A DNA stretch of 64,000 nucleotides from Myxococcota bacterium. Lineage in GTDB: Bacteria; Myxococcota_A; UBA796; GCA-2862545. The position numbers were made by a program, and so were the translations under genes. Shown here piece by piece: positions 27,687 through 37,425 of the stretch; position 1 is the first letter of the stretch, and every line of letters starts with the position of its first letter. Location: assembly GCA_039208735.1 (NCBI GenBank), contig JBCCQY010000019.1:17310-81309 (forward strand). The letters are read 5' to 3'. Below the pieces are notes generated by a model that worked only from the letters and a program-made list of their open reading frames with translations, did no database searches and was not told the DNA's origin.

Positions 27687-29432
27687 TCAGACCACAGTGC
27701 CCTCGATCTCCTTGTCAGCGCACCAGTCCGCGAATTTGTCGAGCCCGGGCCGTTCGACCGTGGGATGGTACACAACGCGCTTGAGGGCATCGGTAGCGGC
27801 CTGAAGCGGACCCGACCAATAGCCCGTGACCTCGGCATATTGAAATCGGCCATCGGGACCCCGTTCGAACACCACACGGTCGGTGGTGCGACGACTCGGA
27901 CCCACGACAAGGCGCTGGATGCGAGGCCGGTCCTCGACCCACGCCGTCCAGGCCGCGTGGTGCTCGGGGAGCACGAGTGTCGCGACGGCCGGAAGTTCAA
28001 AACCAGGGGCGGGCAGTGGAAGATCGAGATGGAGCGAAACCTCGTCCAGACAGCCCGCGTACTGGCGCAGAAGTGCGTCGTCATCACCGAGCCGTGCCCG
28101 CAAGGCCCCCGGACCTACCGGTCCATCAGATGCCGACCATCGGTCGAAGTAGCGGAGGCCCTCGAGCGCCGGCCATCGCTTCAACGACGGTGCGAAGTGA
28201 GCCTGCGGGGTCGGTTCGCCATGCAGCGCGAGGTGCCGCAGCGCACACGCCGGCGTTCTCAGCTTCTTCAGGTCTGCGTCGGTGACGCCCTCCAGGTAGC
28301 GAAGATGCCGAAGCCCAGGATCCTCGAGAAAGGTGACCAGCCGTTTGCGCGAGGGAACCAGATCCCGTCGAACGACCAAGGCCTCCAACGTTCGCAATCC
28401 AGGCTCGCCGCAGGCATTCGGTAGTTGATGAAGGTGCCGAGCAAGCGTAGCGGTGAAGGGAAAGCCCAATCGAAAACGCACACTGGCCATGGTCATAAAG
28501 TGGGCGCCAAACCAGGTGGCAAAGGATGCTTGAAGGGATGAAGATGCCTGCGGCCTACGACGACGCACAAGGACTCGGGTCCGGTCGTCATTGAGAACCG
28601 CTCGATCGTGGTTTTCGATCTGCTCACTCAAAAAGGTGGTTCGAGGGTCGGTCGGGCGATGCACCTTCAGCCAATCAAGGTACACCCGACGTCGTTCGTC
28701 CTCCCATGGCGCCGCCTCGATCGCCGCAAGGAGAACGGTCTCCGTCGAGGGTCGCAGCGCAGGAAGCGGTCGCTGACCCATCGCCTTTTGCCAACGTTCG
28801 AGTTGGCTCTGCTGATGGGGGGTCAAGACCACCGGAGGCGGCGCGTGGGAGCGAAAGGTTCCAATCCAATTGGCAAGGCGAAGGTGGCGCGCCGTCACGC
28901 GACCCACGAGCGAAATGATGATGGCTGCAGCGTGCTCGGCAAAGTCGAAATCGTGAGGAAGATTGGCCTCCATCACGTGACGAACCCGTTGCCACCAGGG
29001 ATGAGACCAAGGGTGTGATGCGTAAGGCGCCTCCTTGGTTAATGCGAGCATGGCCTCGCCCAGTCGAGGGTCGGGCTCCCACGCCACCAGCTGGTTGAGG
29101 CGGGCCAAGGCCTGACGCACACTGGGACGGGCTCCGTTGGGCAAGCCCGCTCCCCAGACGGCATCGAGCAGCCCCCCGAGGTCCTCGGGGCGTCGCGCTT
29201 GCTCACGCACAAACCAAGCTTGGTGGTCAGCCTGACGACGACCCGCGGGAAGTCGGTCGGCAGACCGCCGGGAACGTCCTTCGATCAAGACCCTGGCCAC
29301 ATCGGGGTGACGGGTCTCTCGCCACAATGCCAGCACCGTCTCCAGATCGGGCAGAGTAGGCCTCCGGAACGGTCGTAGCCCATCCGGCTTGGACAGAACC
29401 GGCAGCGTAGGCTCAGAGAGCAGCTCTTCCAA
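27687..29432 (-). CDS. TIGR02996-like domain protein with LRR-like C-terminus
   Basis: LLAAIEAAPWEDERRRVYLDWL..DPRTTFL, FRLGF, LRTLEAL / LRHLRYL / LRHLAL repeats. Confidence 0.75.
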   Translation of the reverse strand: MEELLSEPTLPVLSKPDGLRPFRRPTLPDLETVLALWRETRHPDVARVLIEGRSRRSADRLPAGRRQADHQAWFVREQARRPEDLGGLLDAVWGAGLPNGARPSVRQALARLNQLVAWEPDPRLGEAMLALTKEAPYASHPWSHPWWQRVRHVMEANLPHDFDFAEHAAAIIISLVGRVTARHLRLANWIGTFRSHAPPPVVLTPHQQSQLERWQKAMGQRPLPALRPSTETVLLAAIEAAPWEDERRRVYLDWLKVHRPTDPRTTFLSEQIENHDRAVLNDDRTRVLVRRRRPQASSSLQASFATWFGAHFMTMASVRFRLGFPFTATLARHLHQLPNACGEPGLRTLEALVVRRDLVPSRKRLVTFLEDPGLRHLRYLEGVTDADLKKLRTPACALRHLALHGEPTPQAHFAPSLKRWPALEGLRYFDRWSASDGPVGPGALRARLGDDDALLRQYAGCLDEVSLHLDLPLPAPGFELPAVATLVLPEHHAAWTAWVEDRPRIQRLVVGPSRRTTDRVVFERGPDGRFQYAEVTGYWSGPLQAATDALKRVVYHPTVERPGLDKFADWCADKEIEGTVV

Positions 29433-29438
29433 TGTAGA

Positions 29439-29456
29439 GTACCAACCAGTTGGTAC
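29439..29456. promoter_or_regulatory. Palindrome GTACCAAC-CA-GTTGGTAC; candidate TetR operator
   Basis: Perfect 8-bp arms. A related site ACCAGTAGCTACA (11/13 match) lies at 30093-30105, upstream of tetR. Confidence 0.6.
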
Positions 29457-29513
29457 AGATCGTATCGAGTGGCTTTAAAGAACAATCGAGCAACCCCTCG
29501 AACCAAAGCAAGG

Positions 29514-30074
29514 TCATCGAATACTCCGGAGTAGGGAAAGGGCACCACGCAACGCCTTTTCCATGGCTCCTCGATCGCCCGTGGCTCGGGACGCGACGTA
29601 GCCCCCCTGCACCACGGCAACGAGTGTGCACGCGAGATCCCCGGGATGAAGATGCGGCGGAAGGGTCCCCTCCCGTTGGGCCGCGGTCAACGCGGCCTCG
29701 ATGCGGTCCGTCACATCGGCAAAGTACGCGGCCAAGGGCGCGGCCAGCTCAGGCTGATCCAGAACGTCTTGCTCGGCGGCAAATCGACCGAGCCGACAAC
29801 CGGCCAACGCATCACGAGGTTGATGGAGCCACGCTACGACGCGGTCGAGCGGCGGAAGGGAGCCATCGAACGTGGCATCGAGGCGTTCGGTGAGTGCGGT
29901 CACCGATTCACCCAGGACCTCGGATGCCAGGCCAACTTTTCCAGAAAAATGATGATACAAGCTACCTTGTCCAGCGCCACTCTCCTTCAAGATCATGCCC
30001 GGACTGGTGGATTCAAACCCATGGCGCCAGAACAACGTGTGAGCCGCCTCAACGATGTCGTCTCGCTTGGACAT
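29514..30074 (-). CDS. TetR/AcrR family regulator
   Basis: MSKRDDIVEAAHTLFWRHGFESTS..GAGQGSLYHHFSGK; GCRLG. Confidence 0.92.
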   Translation of the reverse strand: MSKRDDIVEAAHTLFWRHGFESTSPGMILKESGAGQGSLYHHFSGKVGLASEVLGESVTALTERLDATFDGSLPPLDRVVAWLHQPRDALAGCRLGRFAAEQDVLDQPELAAPLAAYFADVTDRIEAALTAAQREGTLPPHLHPGDLACTLVAVVQGGYVASRATGDRGAMEKALRGALSLLRSIR

Positions 30075-30125
30075 GGAGCCCTCTCTGTCCATACCAGTAG
30101 CTACACTGACAAAGGCACGGTGTCG

Positions 30126-30371
30126 ATCCCTCAACCAGGCAAGCCCCCGACGGTCGCTGGCAAACGTCTGTTCCCAATTGAGCCACTGGGTGCTAACGCC
30201 ACGAAGCTGGACTGGTTGGCGGTTTTGGTCGACCAATCGCCCGTCTTGGACCGACAGATGCCCGTGCCGAACCACCGGCGAGGGACGCTCCGCTAGCGGT
30301 CGTCCATCAACGGTGGGCGCCGAAGAACCCGAGCAAGCCAACATCCACCACACGCAGAGAGCTTTAATCAC
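30126..30371 (-). pseudogene. Truncated GH5 endoglucanase lipoprotein N-terminus, in frame with tetR
   Basis: Lipobox MLAC. SPVVRHGHLSVQDGRLVDQNRQPVQLRGVSTQWLNW..LAWLRD matches the start of GH5 cellulases. No NEP motif or rest of the barrel. Confidence 0.75.
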
Positions 30372-30494
30372 CTGGACGCTCCGCTGGTCAGCCATGCCCG
30401 AGCCCTGGTCAACAGGGTGACCACTGGCACCAAGGAACCTGGTTTCAGGGCGGGCACGTCCCATGCACGGGCCTTCGGCATGACTGGAGTCCAA

Positions 30495-31511
30495 ATGCGC
30501 GCCCACCTCCGTCCCCTTCTTCTTCCGGTTCTCGTCCTCAGCACCGGTTGCTTGGAAACCATGGGGACAATCTCTCCCCCATCCGAGCCCGCTGATCTCT
30601 CGGCCCTCACCGCCACAGTCGAGGCGCTACAACAATCGAACGTGGAGTTGCTCTCTCGGATCGAGGCTCTTGAAGCAGAGAATGCATCGCTCACTGGCCG
30701 ACTCGACGTGGTGGAGCCCGAGGTCGTGAGCGGGCTCGCCAGCTTGGTCACCGTGACGACGGACGCCCAGGGCCACCCCACAATTGTGTTCAGCGGCGTG
30801 AATGTCCATGTGAACAACGGCGACGGCACGACCGACACGGTGAACGGGTTGGGCAACCTCGTCGTGGGCTACGACGAACCTCGCATCGACGGCGTACCCG
30901 TCTGCTCGCACGGCCAGTATCGCGATCAGCAATCCTGCGAAGCCAATGGCCTGGTGTGGACCGACAACCACAAGTCGGGGTCCCACAACCTCATCGTTGG
31001 CTCCGAACACTCCTACTCTCAGTTCGGCAGCACCTTGCTCGGGCAGGAGAACACGGTCAACAACGCGTTTGCCACGATCACAGGAGGCCGCCTAAATCTG
31101 GCCCTTGGGACCAACAGCAGCGTGACCGGAGGCTCGGGCAACCTCGCCTCGGGCTTCTTCGCCACGGTCACAGCCGGCTTCGGCAATGAAGCAAACGGTT
31201 TGCTTGCCGCGATTCATGGCGGTACCGACAACGTCGCGGTGGGCACCTACAGCACGATCACGGGGGGTGACACCAACGAGACCAGCGGACAGTCCAGCTC
31301 GGTCAGCGGGGGCGAGAACAATACCGTCAGTGGTCGCGGGGGAAGCATCTCCGGAGGCGAACGCAACGTCGTATTGGGCCGAAGTGGCACCGTCACAGGT
31401 GGCGTGTACAACGAGGCTCACGGTGAATTGAGCACCATCAGCGGCGGCTACGAGGCCACCACCACCGACTTCTTTGACGGGCGGGCGGGCTCACTTTTCG
31501 AAGAGGAGTGA
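30495..31511 (+). CDS. Lipoprotein with coiled coil and 14-residue Gly/Asn repeats (beta-roll/adhesin-like)
   Basis: RBS GGAG, lipobox STGC, repeats S(V/I)(T/S)GGxxNxxxG. Confidence 0.8.
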   Translation: MRAHLRPLLLPVLVLSTGCLETMGTISPPSEPADLSALTATVEALQQSNVELLSRIEALEAENASLTGRLDVVEPEVVSGLASLVTVTTDAQGHPTIVFSGVNVHVNNGDGTTDTVNGLGNLVVGYDEPRIDGVPVCSHGQYRDQQSCEANGLVWTDNHKSGSHNLIVGSEHSYSQFGSTLLGQENTVNNAFATITGGRLNLALGTNSSVTGGSGNLASGFFATVTAGFGNEANGLLAAIHGGTDNVAVGTYSTITGGDTNETSGQSSSVSGGENNTVSGRGGSISGGERNVVLGRSGTVTGGVYNEAHGELSTISGGYEATTTDFFDGRAGSLFEEE

Positions 31512-31535
31512 GCGGCGAATCACCGCCCCAAAGAC

Positions 31536-34226
31536 GTGTTACAAATTACGCCTCCTTCGGAGTACGTGATGCCGCCGCAAGACCGGCGTGAAAGGGTCGT
31601 TCATCTGTCGGACGGGCACATCGCACTCGACGAGGGCACTGCGGTGCGCCATGGCCAGTCCATCGAGTTCACGCGGACCGAATGGCGATTGCTGAAGTTC
31701 TTGCATGAACAGGCGACCCCGGTGCCATTCCGCACCCTGCTCAACGAGGTTTGGGGCTACGCCGAAGCAAGCTCCTCGCGGGCGCCCTACGTCGCCATTC
31801 AACGGCTGCGCAGCAAGATCGAGGTTGACCCGCGGGCGCCCGTTCATCTCCGCTCCGTCCCCGGGTCGGGCTACCAACTCGTCGGGAGTGCCGAAACAGC
31901 CCCCGCCGCTCCACCCGTGGCCACCGAACTCTTCGGACGTGAAGACGATCTGGCCTCCCTACAAGCACTCTTCCAAGCATCAGGCGGCTTTCTCTTGGTG
32001 TTTGGACCGGCTGGCGTCGGCAAGACAACGTTGGTCAAGGCAGCCCAGGAACGAGGGCTCCTCGGTACGGTCGTGATGGCAGACGCCAGCATTCCCGACA
32101 CCCCGCTGCTTTCGCTCATCGCGTCCGCCTACGAACTTTCGGCCGACATCGACGCTGCCCTCGCGCTGCCGCGAACCATGGCGCGTCGGGGGCCCCATAC
32201 GCTGGTGATCGACAACGCCGAAACCCACGGTGATGCCCTCACGGACTGGCTCTCCACCCCTCTGCCCCCCGAGACTCGGCTCGTCGTTACCTCCCGTATT
32301 CGACTTCGTCTTCCTGATGAGCGCGTGCTTGCATTGGGTCCGGTCGATCCGGCAGCCGGCATCTCGATTATGACGAGCGTGGCACGCCGCCAGAATTCTA
32401 GTTTTGAGCTTACTTCACAAGATTTGAAGCATCTTGAGACGCTGGCGCGTGACCATCTCGACGGTCTGCCGCTCGCGCTCGAACTTGCCGGTGGGCGCCT
32501 GGCGTTGATGTCACCCAGCGACCTGTTGGCTCGAATCGAAAGACGATTTCAGCTGCTTCGTGGCACCCCATCGGGCCGTTGGACCAGCCTGAAGGCGGCG
32601 ATTGAGTGGTCGTGGGATCAGCTGGCCGACGAAGAACAACAGGCGCTCATGCAGGCGGCCTACTTCGAGGGTGGGTTCGACCTTGCGACGGCCGAACAGG
32701 TCATCGCGGTGCCCCACCGCTGGGTGGTTGATGTGTTGCAGTCGTTACTCGACCAGTCGCTGCTCCACCGTACCGATGAACCCGGCCGTCCGTTTGTGCT
32801 GCTGGCGTCGATCCGCGACTTCGCGCGGTCCGCACTCGCTCGGTGGCCCGGACGCAGCGACGTTGAGGCCCGCCACCGCCAATGGGCCGCTGAAGTTGCC
32901 CGGGACTACCTTGTAGCCGCAGGCGAACTCGAGGGCTGCGACGATATCAATCAAGAAAGCCGGCTTGGCACCTATCTCGCCACCCAAGAACGGAACCTGT
33001 GGCTTGCGCTCGACTCGGCACGCGAACATGAAGAGCATGAGTCCGCAGCACTTGTGGCTCGCACACTCCAACGGCTGACCTACCTTCGGGGGTCCCGGAG
33101 CGCCGAGACGCTCTCCCGCACCATCGAGGATGTCCTAAGCAACCTGTCCATCGACAACGACCTCTGGTTGCACCTTGCCGGTCATCAGGCCCGGATCGAC
33201 CTACGACCCGAGACATTGGCCCGACTCCAGGCGCTCGACCACGAAGGCTGGACATCGATTCGCCGAGTCTCCCTGTTGTACTCGATCTCGATCGCCGCTC
33301 GGCTTCGCACGGACTTGGAGAGCGCCAAGTCCGCATTGTCCCAGGCCCTCGCATTGGCCTCAAAGGAAGCGAACCTTCCGCTCGGGAAGCGTGTGAGGTT
33401 GAAGCTTGAGCAAATTCGGGTGGGGGTAACCGACCTTTCCATGCCATTTCAGGAGAGTCGGGCGATCTGCGAAGATCTAGTCCGGCAGTTGGGCCCCGAG
33501 CCTTCACCGCTGCAGGCTCACTTGCTTGACCAGGCCGCCAACCGATCGATTACGCTCGGCGAACTCCGCAGAGCAAAGGTTCACATTGACCAGGGCCTTG
33601 CCATTGCAAATGCGCAGAGCCCCATCTTGACCGTCCACCTCACGTCGACGCTCGCACGCTGGTTCCTAAACCAGCGCGACTCCGAAAGGGGAGATCAAAC
33701 CTTTATCGAAGCGGAAGAGATGGCGGCCGCTATGGATCGGTGGGATCTGTGGTGGTGGTGCCGTCTAAACCGAGTCGAACTCGCGCTGATCGAAGCCCGC
33801 CTCGATGATGCGACGACGCTTTGGAATACGCTTCCGCCACGACGTCGACTCCCTGTGGCCACCGCCACCATGGCCACAGAAGCCGAGGCCTGGTTCCTCT
33901 CAAGCCAGGGACGAGTAGCCGCGGCCGAACAGACGTTGCTCGCCGAAGCGTCCGGGATCTTCACGCCCCAAATCACCATGCAGTTGGTCTGGCTGGCCAT
34001 GTTCACAGGCCGTGCGGAAGAGGCCGTGCAACGGTTTGCACCACTCCGTGAACGGGTGCCCAACCTCGGACCCACGGGCGACGCGATGATCGAATGCGTC
34101 GCGCGGTTCGCGGAGGGATGGGAACGCCATGAGACCCGCCTCGTCAACTTGGCGGCGCAATGGTGGTCCATCCATCGCCTGGTCCTCCGACACCCCTTAA
34201 GTCCGCTGCGGTCTGGCCACGGTTGA
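31536..34226 (+). CDS. OmpR-type wHTH - STAND NTPase - helical repeat regulator
   Basis: LLNEVWGY..IQRLRSKIEVDP..VPGSGY, GPAGVGKTT, VIDNAE, DGLPLALELA, IEWSWDQL. Start may be ATG 31569. Confidence 0.88.
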   Translation: MLQITPPSEYVMPPQDRRERVVHLSDGHIALDEGTAVRHGQSIEFTRTEWRLLKFLHEQATPVPFRTLLNEVWGYAEASSSRAPYVAIQRLRSKIEVDPRAPVHLRSVPGSGYQLVGSAETAPAAPPVATELFGREDDLASLQALFQASGGFLLVFGPAGVGKTTLVKAAQERGLLGTVVMADASIPDTPLLSLIASAYELSADIDAALALPRTMARRGPHTLVIDNAETHGDALTDWLSTPLPPETRLVVTSRIRLRLPDERVLALGPVDPAAGISIMTSVARRQNSSFELTSQDLKHLETLARDHLDGLPLALELAGGRLALMSPSDLLARIERRFQLLRGTPSGRWTSLKAAIEWSWDQLADEEQQALMQAAYFEGGFDLATAEQVIAVPHRWVVDVLQSLLDQSLLHRTDEPGRPFVLLASIRDFARSALARWPGRSDVEARHRQWAAEVARDYLVAAGELEGCDDINQESRLGTYLATQERNLWLALDSAREHEEHESAALVARTLQRLTYLRGSRSAETLSRTIEDVLSNLSIDNDLWLHLAGHQARIDLRPETLARLQALDHEGWTSIRRVSLLYSISIAARLRTDLESAKSALSQALALASKEANLPLGKRVRLKLEQIRVGVTDLSMPFQESRAICEDLVRQLGPEPSPLQAHLLDQAANRSITLGELRRAKVHIDQGLAIANAQSPILTVHLTSTLARWFLNQRDSERGDQTFIEAEEMAAAMDRWDLWWWCRLNRVELALIEARLDDATTLWNTLPPRRRLPVATATMATEAEAWFLSSQGRVAAAEQTLLAEASGIFTPQITMQLVWLAMFTGRAEEAVQRFAPLRERVPNLGPTGDAMIECVARFAEGWERHETRLVNLAAQWWSIHRLVLRHPLSPLRSGHG

Positions 34227-34407
34227 ATTGCACAACACGGTGACTGAAACCCGTTTGCGTCACTTCAAGGCGACCGAGCCTCCAAGCCAAGCAAGCGTAA
34301 ATCTTCACTTTTCACCATCGCAAAGATTGAACGAAACTGTGAAATGCGGTGCAACGACCTCGACAGGTACAGCTCCGTTGCCAATTCGGCCACCACACGG
34401 AGAAAAC

Positions 34408-35070
34408 ATGTTGCTTCTCATTGCAGCTGGGCTTTCAACAGCTCTCGCGCAGGTCCAAGATCCAAGGGATGATCCCGACTTCGGAGACTCCCTGCCTCCC
34501 GAGTGTCCCACCGAACGCGTGTTCGATTGTGAAAACCTGCGTCCCGCAGGAGGCCCGGTATGCACGCAGTTCGTCACGACCCGAACCTACACGCCGGACG
34601 CCCTCGGCAACTGCATCCTGACCAACATCGAGCAGTTCACAGCTTCACCGGCCGACCTGTCGGTCGAGGACTGCCCCACGGACCGTCCTCCCCAAGAGAC
34701 CCCCGTCGCTGGCGACGAGGACATCTGCCCCGACATCACGACCTCGACGTGGGACGTGATGTCGCCGGACACGTTCTGTTGCGGCACCTGCAGCGTCATG
34801 GCGTTTGAGCCTCAGGCGCGTCAGATCTTGGTCGGACCGAACGCCGGGGAGTGGTTTTGCGTGCCGATCGATGCCGATCCTTCGACGCCAGGACTCGACC
34901 CCGTGACCCGGGGCGAGTTCTGCTTCCCAGGAGACTGCACCCCAGGCTCTGCCGACGCGGCTGAACTCGGGGTGGACAAAATCGGGAAGATCATCATCGA
35001 CCCCGCATTCGGCAAGACCAAGTTCAACCTCTGGTGGGGCTATCTGGGCCCCGAGTTCGACATCGAGTAA
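34408..35070 (+). CDS. Cys/Pro/Asp-rich secreted hypothetical protein
   Basis: RBS GGAG, signal peptide MLLLIAAGLSTALA-Q, many Cys. Confidence 0.75.
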   Translation: MLLLIAAGLSTALAQVQDPRDDPDFGDSLPPECPTERVFDCENLRPAGGPVCTQFVTTRTYTPDALGNCILTNIEQFTASPADLSVEDCPTDRPPQETPVAGDEDICPDITTSTWDVMSPDTFCCGTCSVMAFEPQARQILVGPNAGEWFCVPIDADPSTPGLDPVTRGEFCFPGDCTPGSADAAELGVDKIGKIIIDPAFGKTKFNLWWGYLGPEFDIE

Positions 35071-35116
35071 TCTGACCGACCGACCCGGTGCGCGGCGCGT
35101 GTGTCGCGCCCCGAGG

Positions 35117-35515
35117 TCAACCGGGCCACCCTCCCAAGATGAGGCCCATGACGACGAACGAGACCATGTGGTAGCCCCCGTTGATCAACCACAGACCTAG
35201 CGGCCTGCGCTCGAAGAGGTAGGTGACGCCCATGCCGAGCGCCACCCACCCGAAACCCGCGGCAAAGGAAGCGCCCGTCGCGAAGGCCAAGGACGGTTTG
35301 GGCCCCAGAAAGGCGGCCAGATTCAGCGCCATGACCAGCTGGAGCACAAAGGCTCCGCCGAACACGCGCCCCGGGTTTTGACCGAGTTCGGCTTCGGAAA
35401 GGTCCAGATAGGTCATCCATCGTCCGCCGAACAACAATGGCGAGTACCATAGGCCGCCCACTGCGAACGTGGCCAGCGCGGCCACGAGCGCTGCCACAAG
35501 ATTGAGTCCGTCCAT
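35117..35515 (-). CDS. DUF1761-like membrane protein
   Basis: GGLWYSPLLFGGRW, YLFERRP..LINGGY; RBS GGAGG. Confidence 0.85.
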   Translation of the reverse strand: MDGLNLVAALVAALATFAVGGLWYSPLLFGGRWMTYLDLSEAELGQNPGRVFGGAFVLQLVMALNLAAFLGPKPSLAFATGASFAAGFGWVALGMGVTYLFERRPLGLWLINGGYHMVSFVVMGLILGGWPG

Positions 35516-35539
35516 CGTGCCTCCGTAGGGGACCCCACC

Positions 35540-36652
35540 ATGGCCCAGCCACCTCCTTCTGTCGCCCTCGACCTCGCTGAACCGGGACGTGCGGAGGCTG
35601 AGGCGCGATGGGGGACCCCCGAACGGGTCACCATTCGCGTACGGGACCGAATCGACGACCGCTGGCTCATGACCCTCCTCATCCCGAGCTTCGGCATTGC
35701 GATTTCCCACAGTACCGGTTTGTTTAGCGGCCTTTCGACGGGCCATCCGGCATGGTGGTGGGGTCACGCCTGGTTCGTAGGCGGAGCTGGGCTCATCTAT
35801 GGCGCGAATCGCACGTTGTTGTTCGCAGGCCGGCGCCACGCGGATTGGTTTTCGCGCCCGTTGGCGCGACTTGTCCTGCTCGTCACCGGCATCGTGTTCG
35901 GGACCGTACCGACTACGGTAGTGATGCTGCAGGGATGGCACGCCCTTTCCGGGGTCCCGCTCGGCGATGCGTTTCGTGAAGTGTTGCTCATCAACATCAT
36001 TTGCGTGCTGTTTGTGACGTGGCTCTACGAAATGCTGTTCCTCATCCGCGAACGGGTTGACGACCAGGTCCGCGCCGCGGAGCTTCGCGCCGCCCAGACC
36101 CGAGCCGAATTTGCCGCGCTTCGAGCCCAGGTCCAACCTCACTTCCTCTTCAATGCCTTGAACACGCTGTCGGCCTTGATCGAAACGCGGCCCTCCGATG
36201 CACAGAGGTTCGTCGAACAACTTGCGCAGGTCTACCGATCCCTACTCGACACTCGTGGACGGACCACCGTCCCGTTGACCGAGGAACTCGAACTCGCTTA
36301 CGCGTATGCCACCCTGCTCGACCTCCGCTACGGCGGAGCGGTCACCACCGAGGTCCGGATGCCAGACAATCCCCACCAATGGCGAATCGTACCTGGCGCG
36401 ATCCAGCTCCTGCTGGAAAACGTCATTCGACACAATCGAGTTGATCCGGACGCCCCTCTTCCGGTCGTGGTCGATGCGACGTCAGGAGCCTTGACGGTCT
36501 CGCACCCCCTCCGACCGCGACCGGTATCGCCCGGAACGGGTACGGGCCTGGCCAACCTCGACGCCCGCAGCCGCGCCGTGACGGGGCGTCCCATCGAAAT
36601 CCAGGCCCACGAACGATTCCGCGTCACGGTCCCCATGGTCTCTGTGTCGTGA
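35540..36652 (+). CDS. LytS-type sensor histidine kinase
   Basis: LRAQVQPHFLFNALN, QLLLENVIRHN, GTGTGLANL; N-terminal TMs. Confidence 0.92.
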   Translation: MAQPPPSVALDLAEPGRAEAEARWGTPERVTIRVRDRIDDRWLMTLLIPSFGIAISHSTGLFSGLSTGHPAWWWGHAWFVGGAGLIYGANRTLLFAGRRHADWFSRPLARLVLLVTGIVFGTVPTTVVMLQGWHALSGVPLGDAFREVLLINIICVLFVTWLYEMLFLIRERVDDQVRAAELRAAQTRAEFAALRAQVQPHFLFNALNTLSALIETRPSDAQRFVEQLAQVYRSLLDTRGRTTVPLTEELELAYAYATLLDLRYGGAVTTEVRMPDNPHQWRIVPGAIQLLLENVIRHNRVDPDAPLPVVVDATSGALTVSHPLRPRPVSPGTGTGLANLDARSRAVTGRPIEIQAHERFRVTVPMVSVS

Positions 36653-37395
36653 AGGTGGTGTTGATCGAGGATGAGGTGCCCGCGCTCGAGCACCTTGAAC
36701 GCATGTTGAAGCGGTGTCGGCCGAGCTTCTCGGTGGTGGCGCGCCTGCGTACGGTGCGCCAGGTCCGGTCTTGGTTCGCCGCGCATGGAGCGACGTGCGA
36801 CCTGATTGTAGCGGACATCCACCTCGGCGACGGTAACGCACTGGATGCCTTCGCCGAACTCGATCGAGCGGTTCCCGTCATCTTTGCCACGGCCCACGAT
36901 CAATACTTAGCCCAGGCCTTCGATTGGAACGGCGTGGCCTACCTGCTCAAACCCATCCAGGATCGAGACCTCGAAGCGGCGCTGGAGCGTCTCGAACGCC
37001 TTGAACGACACTTTTTGGGCAGCTTACGGTCTCTGGTGCAAGGCCTCGAGGCTGCCCCGACGCGCATGGTCGGTCGCCGAGGACGGGATTGGGTTGGGGT
37101 TTCCGTCGCGGACGTCCGCTGGATTCGAGTTCGCCGCGGGATGACCACTGCTTTTGTGGCCGATGGCGCCGAGCTGTTGCTCGAGGACCCTCTGAATCGG
37201 CTGCAAGATCTTCTCGAGCCAGCCGGGTTCTTCCGTGCGAATCGGTGGTACCTGGTGTCGCTTGGTGCGGTGACCCGGGTGCGCCCTGTCGGCCGGGGTC
37301 GGCTCGAGCTGGTGCTCGCTCCAGCCGCGGACGAGGTCGTTGAAGTCCCGCAGACCCACGCTCAGGCGTTCAAGGCCTGGTTTGGCGTGCCCTGA
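36649..37395 (+). CDS. LytTR response regulator
   Basis: IEDE, ADIHLGDG, FATAHD, YLLKP, FFRANR. Confidence 0.92.
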   Translation: MKVVLIEDEVPALEHLERMLKRCRPSFSVVARLRTVRQVRSWFAAHGATCDLIVADIHLGDGNALDAFAELDRAVPVIFATAHDQYLAQAFDWNGVAYLLKPIQDRDLEAALERLERLERHFLGSLRSLVQGLEAAPTRMVGRRGRDWVGVSVADVRWIRVRRGMTTAFVADGAELLLEDPLNRLQDLLEPAGFFRANRWYLVSLGAVTRVRPVGRGRLELVLAPAADEVVEVPQTHAQAFKAWFGVP

Positions 37396-37425
37396 CGCCA
37401 GGAGGACCGCAACGCTCCTTGACGC

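Noticed and set aside
35516..36220. Long N-terminal extension of the DUF1761-like ORF
   Set aside because: Antisense to the histidine kinase; the RBS supports a start at 35515.
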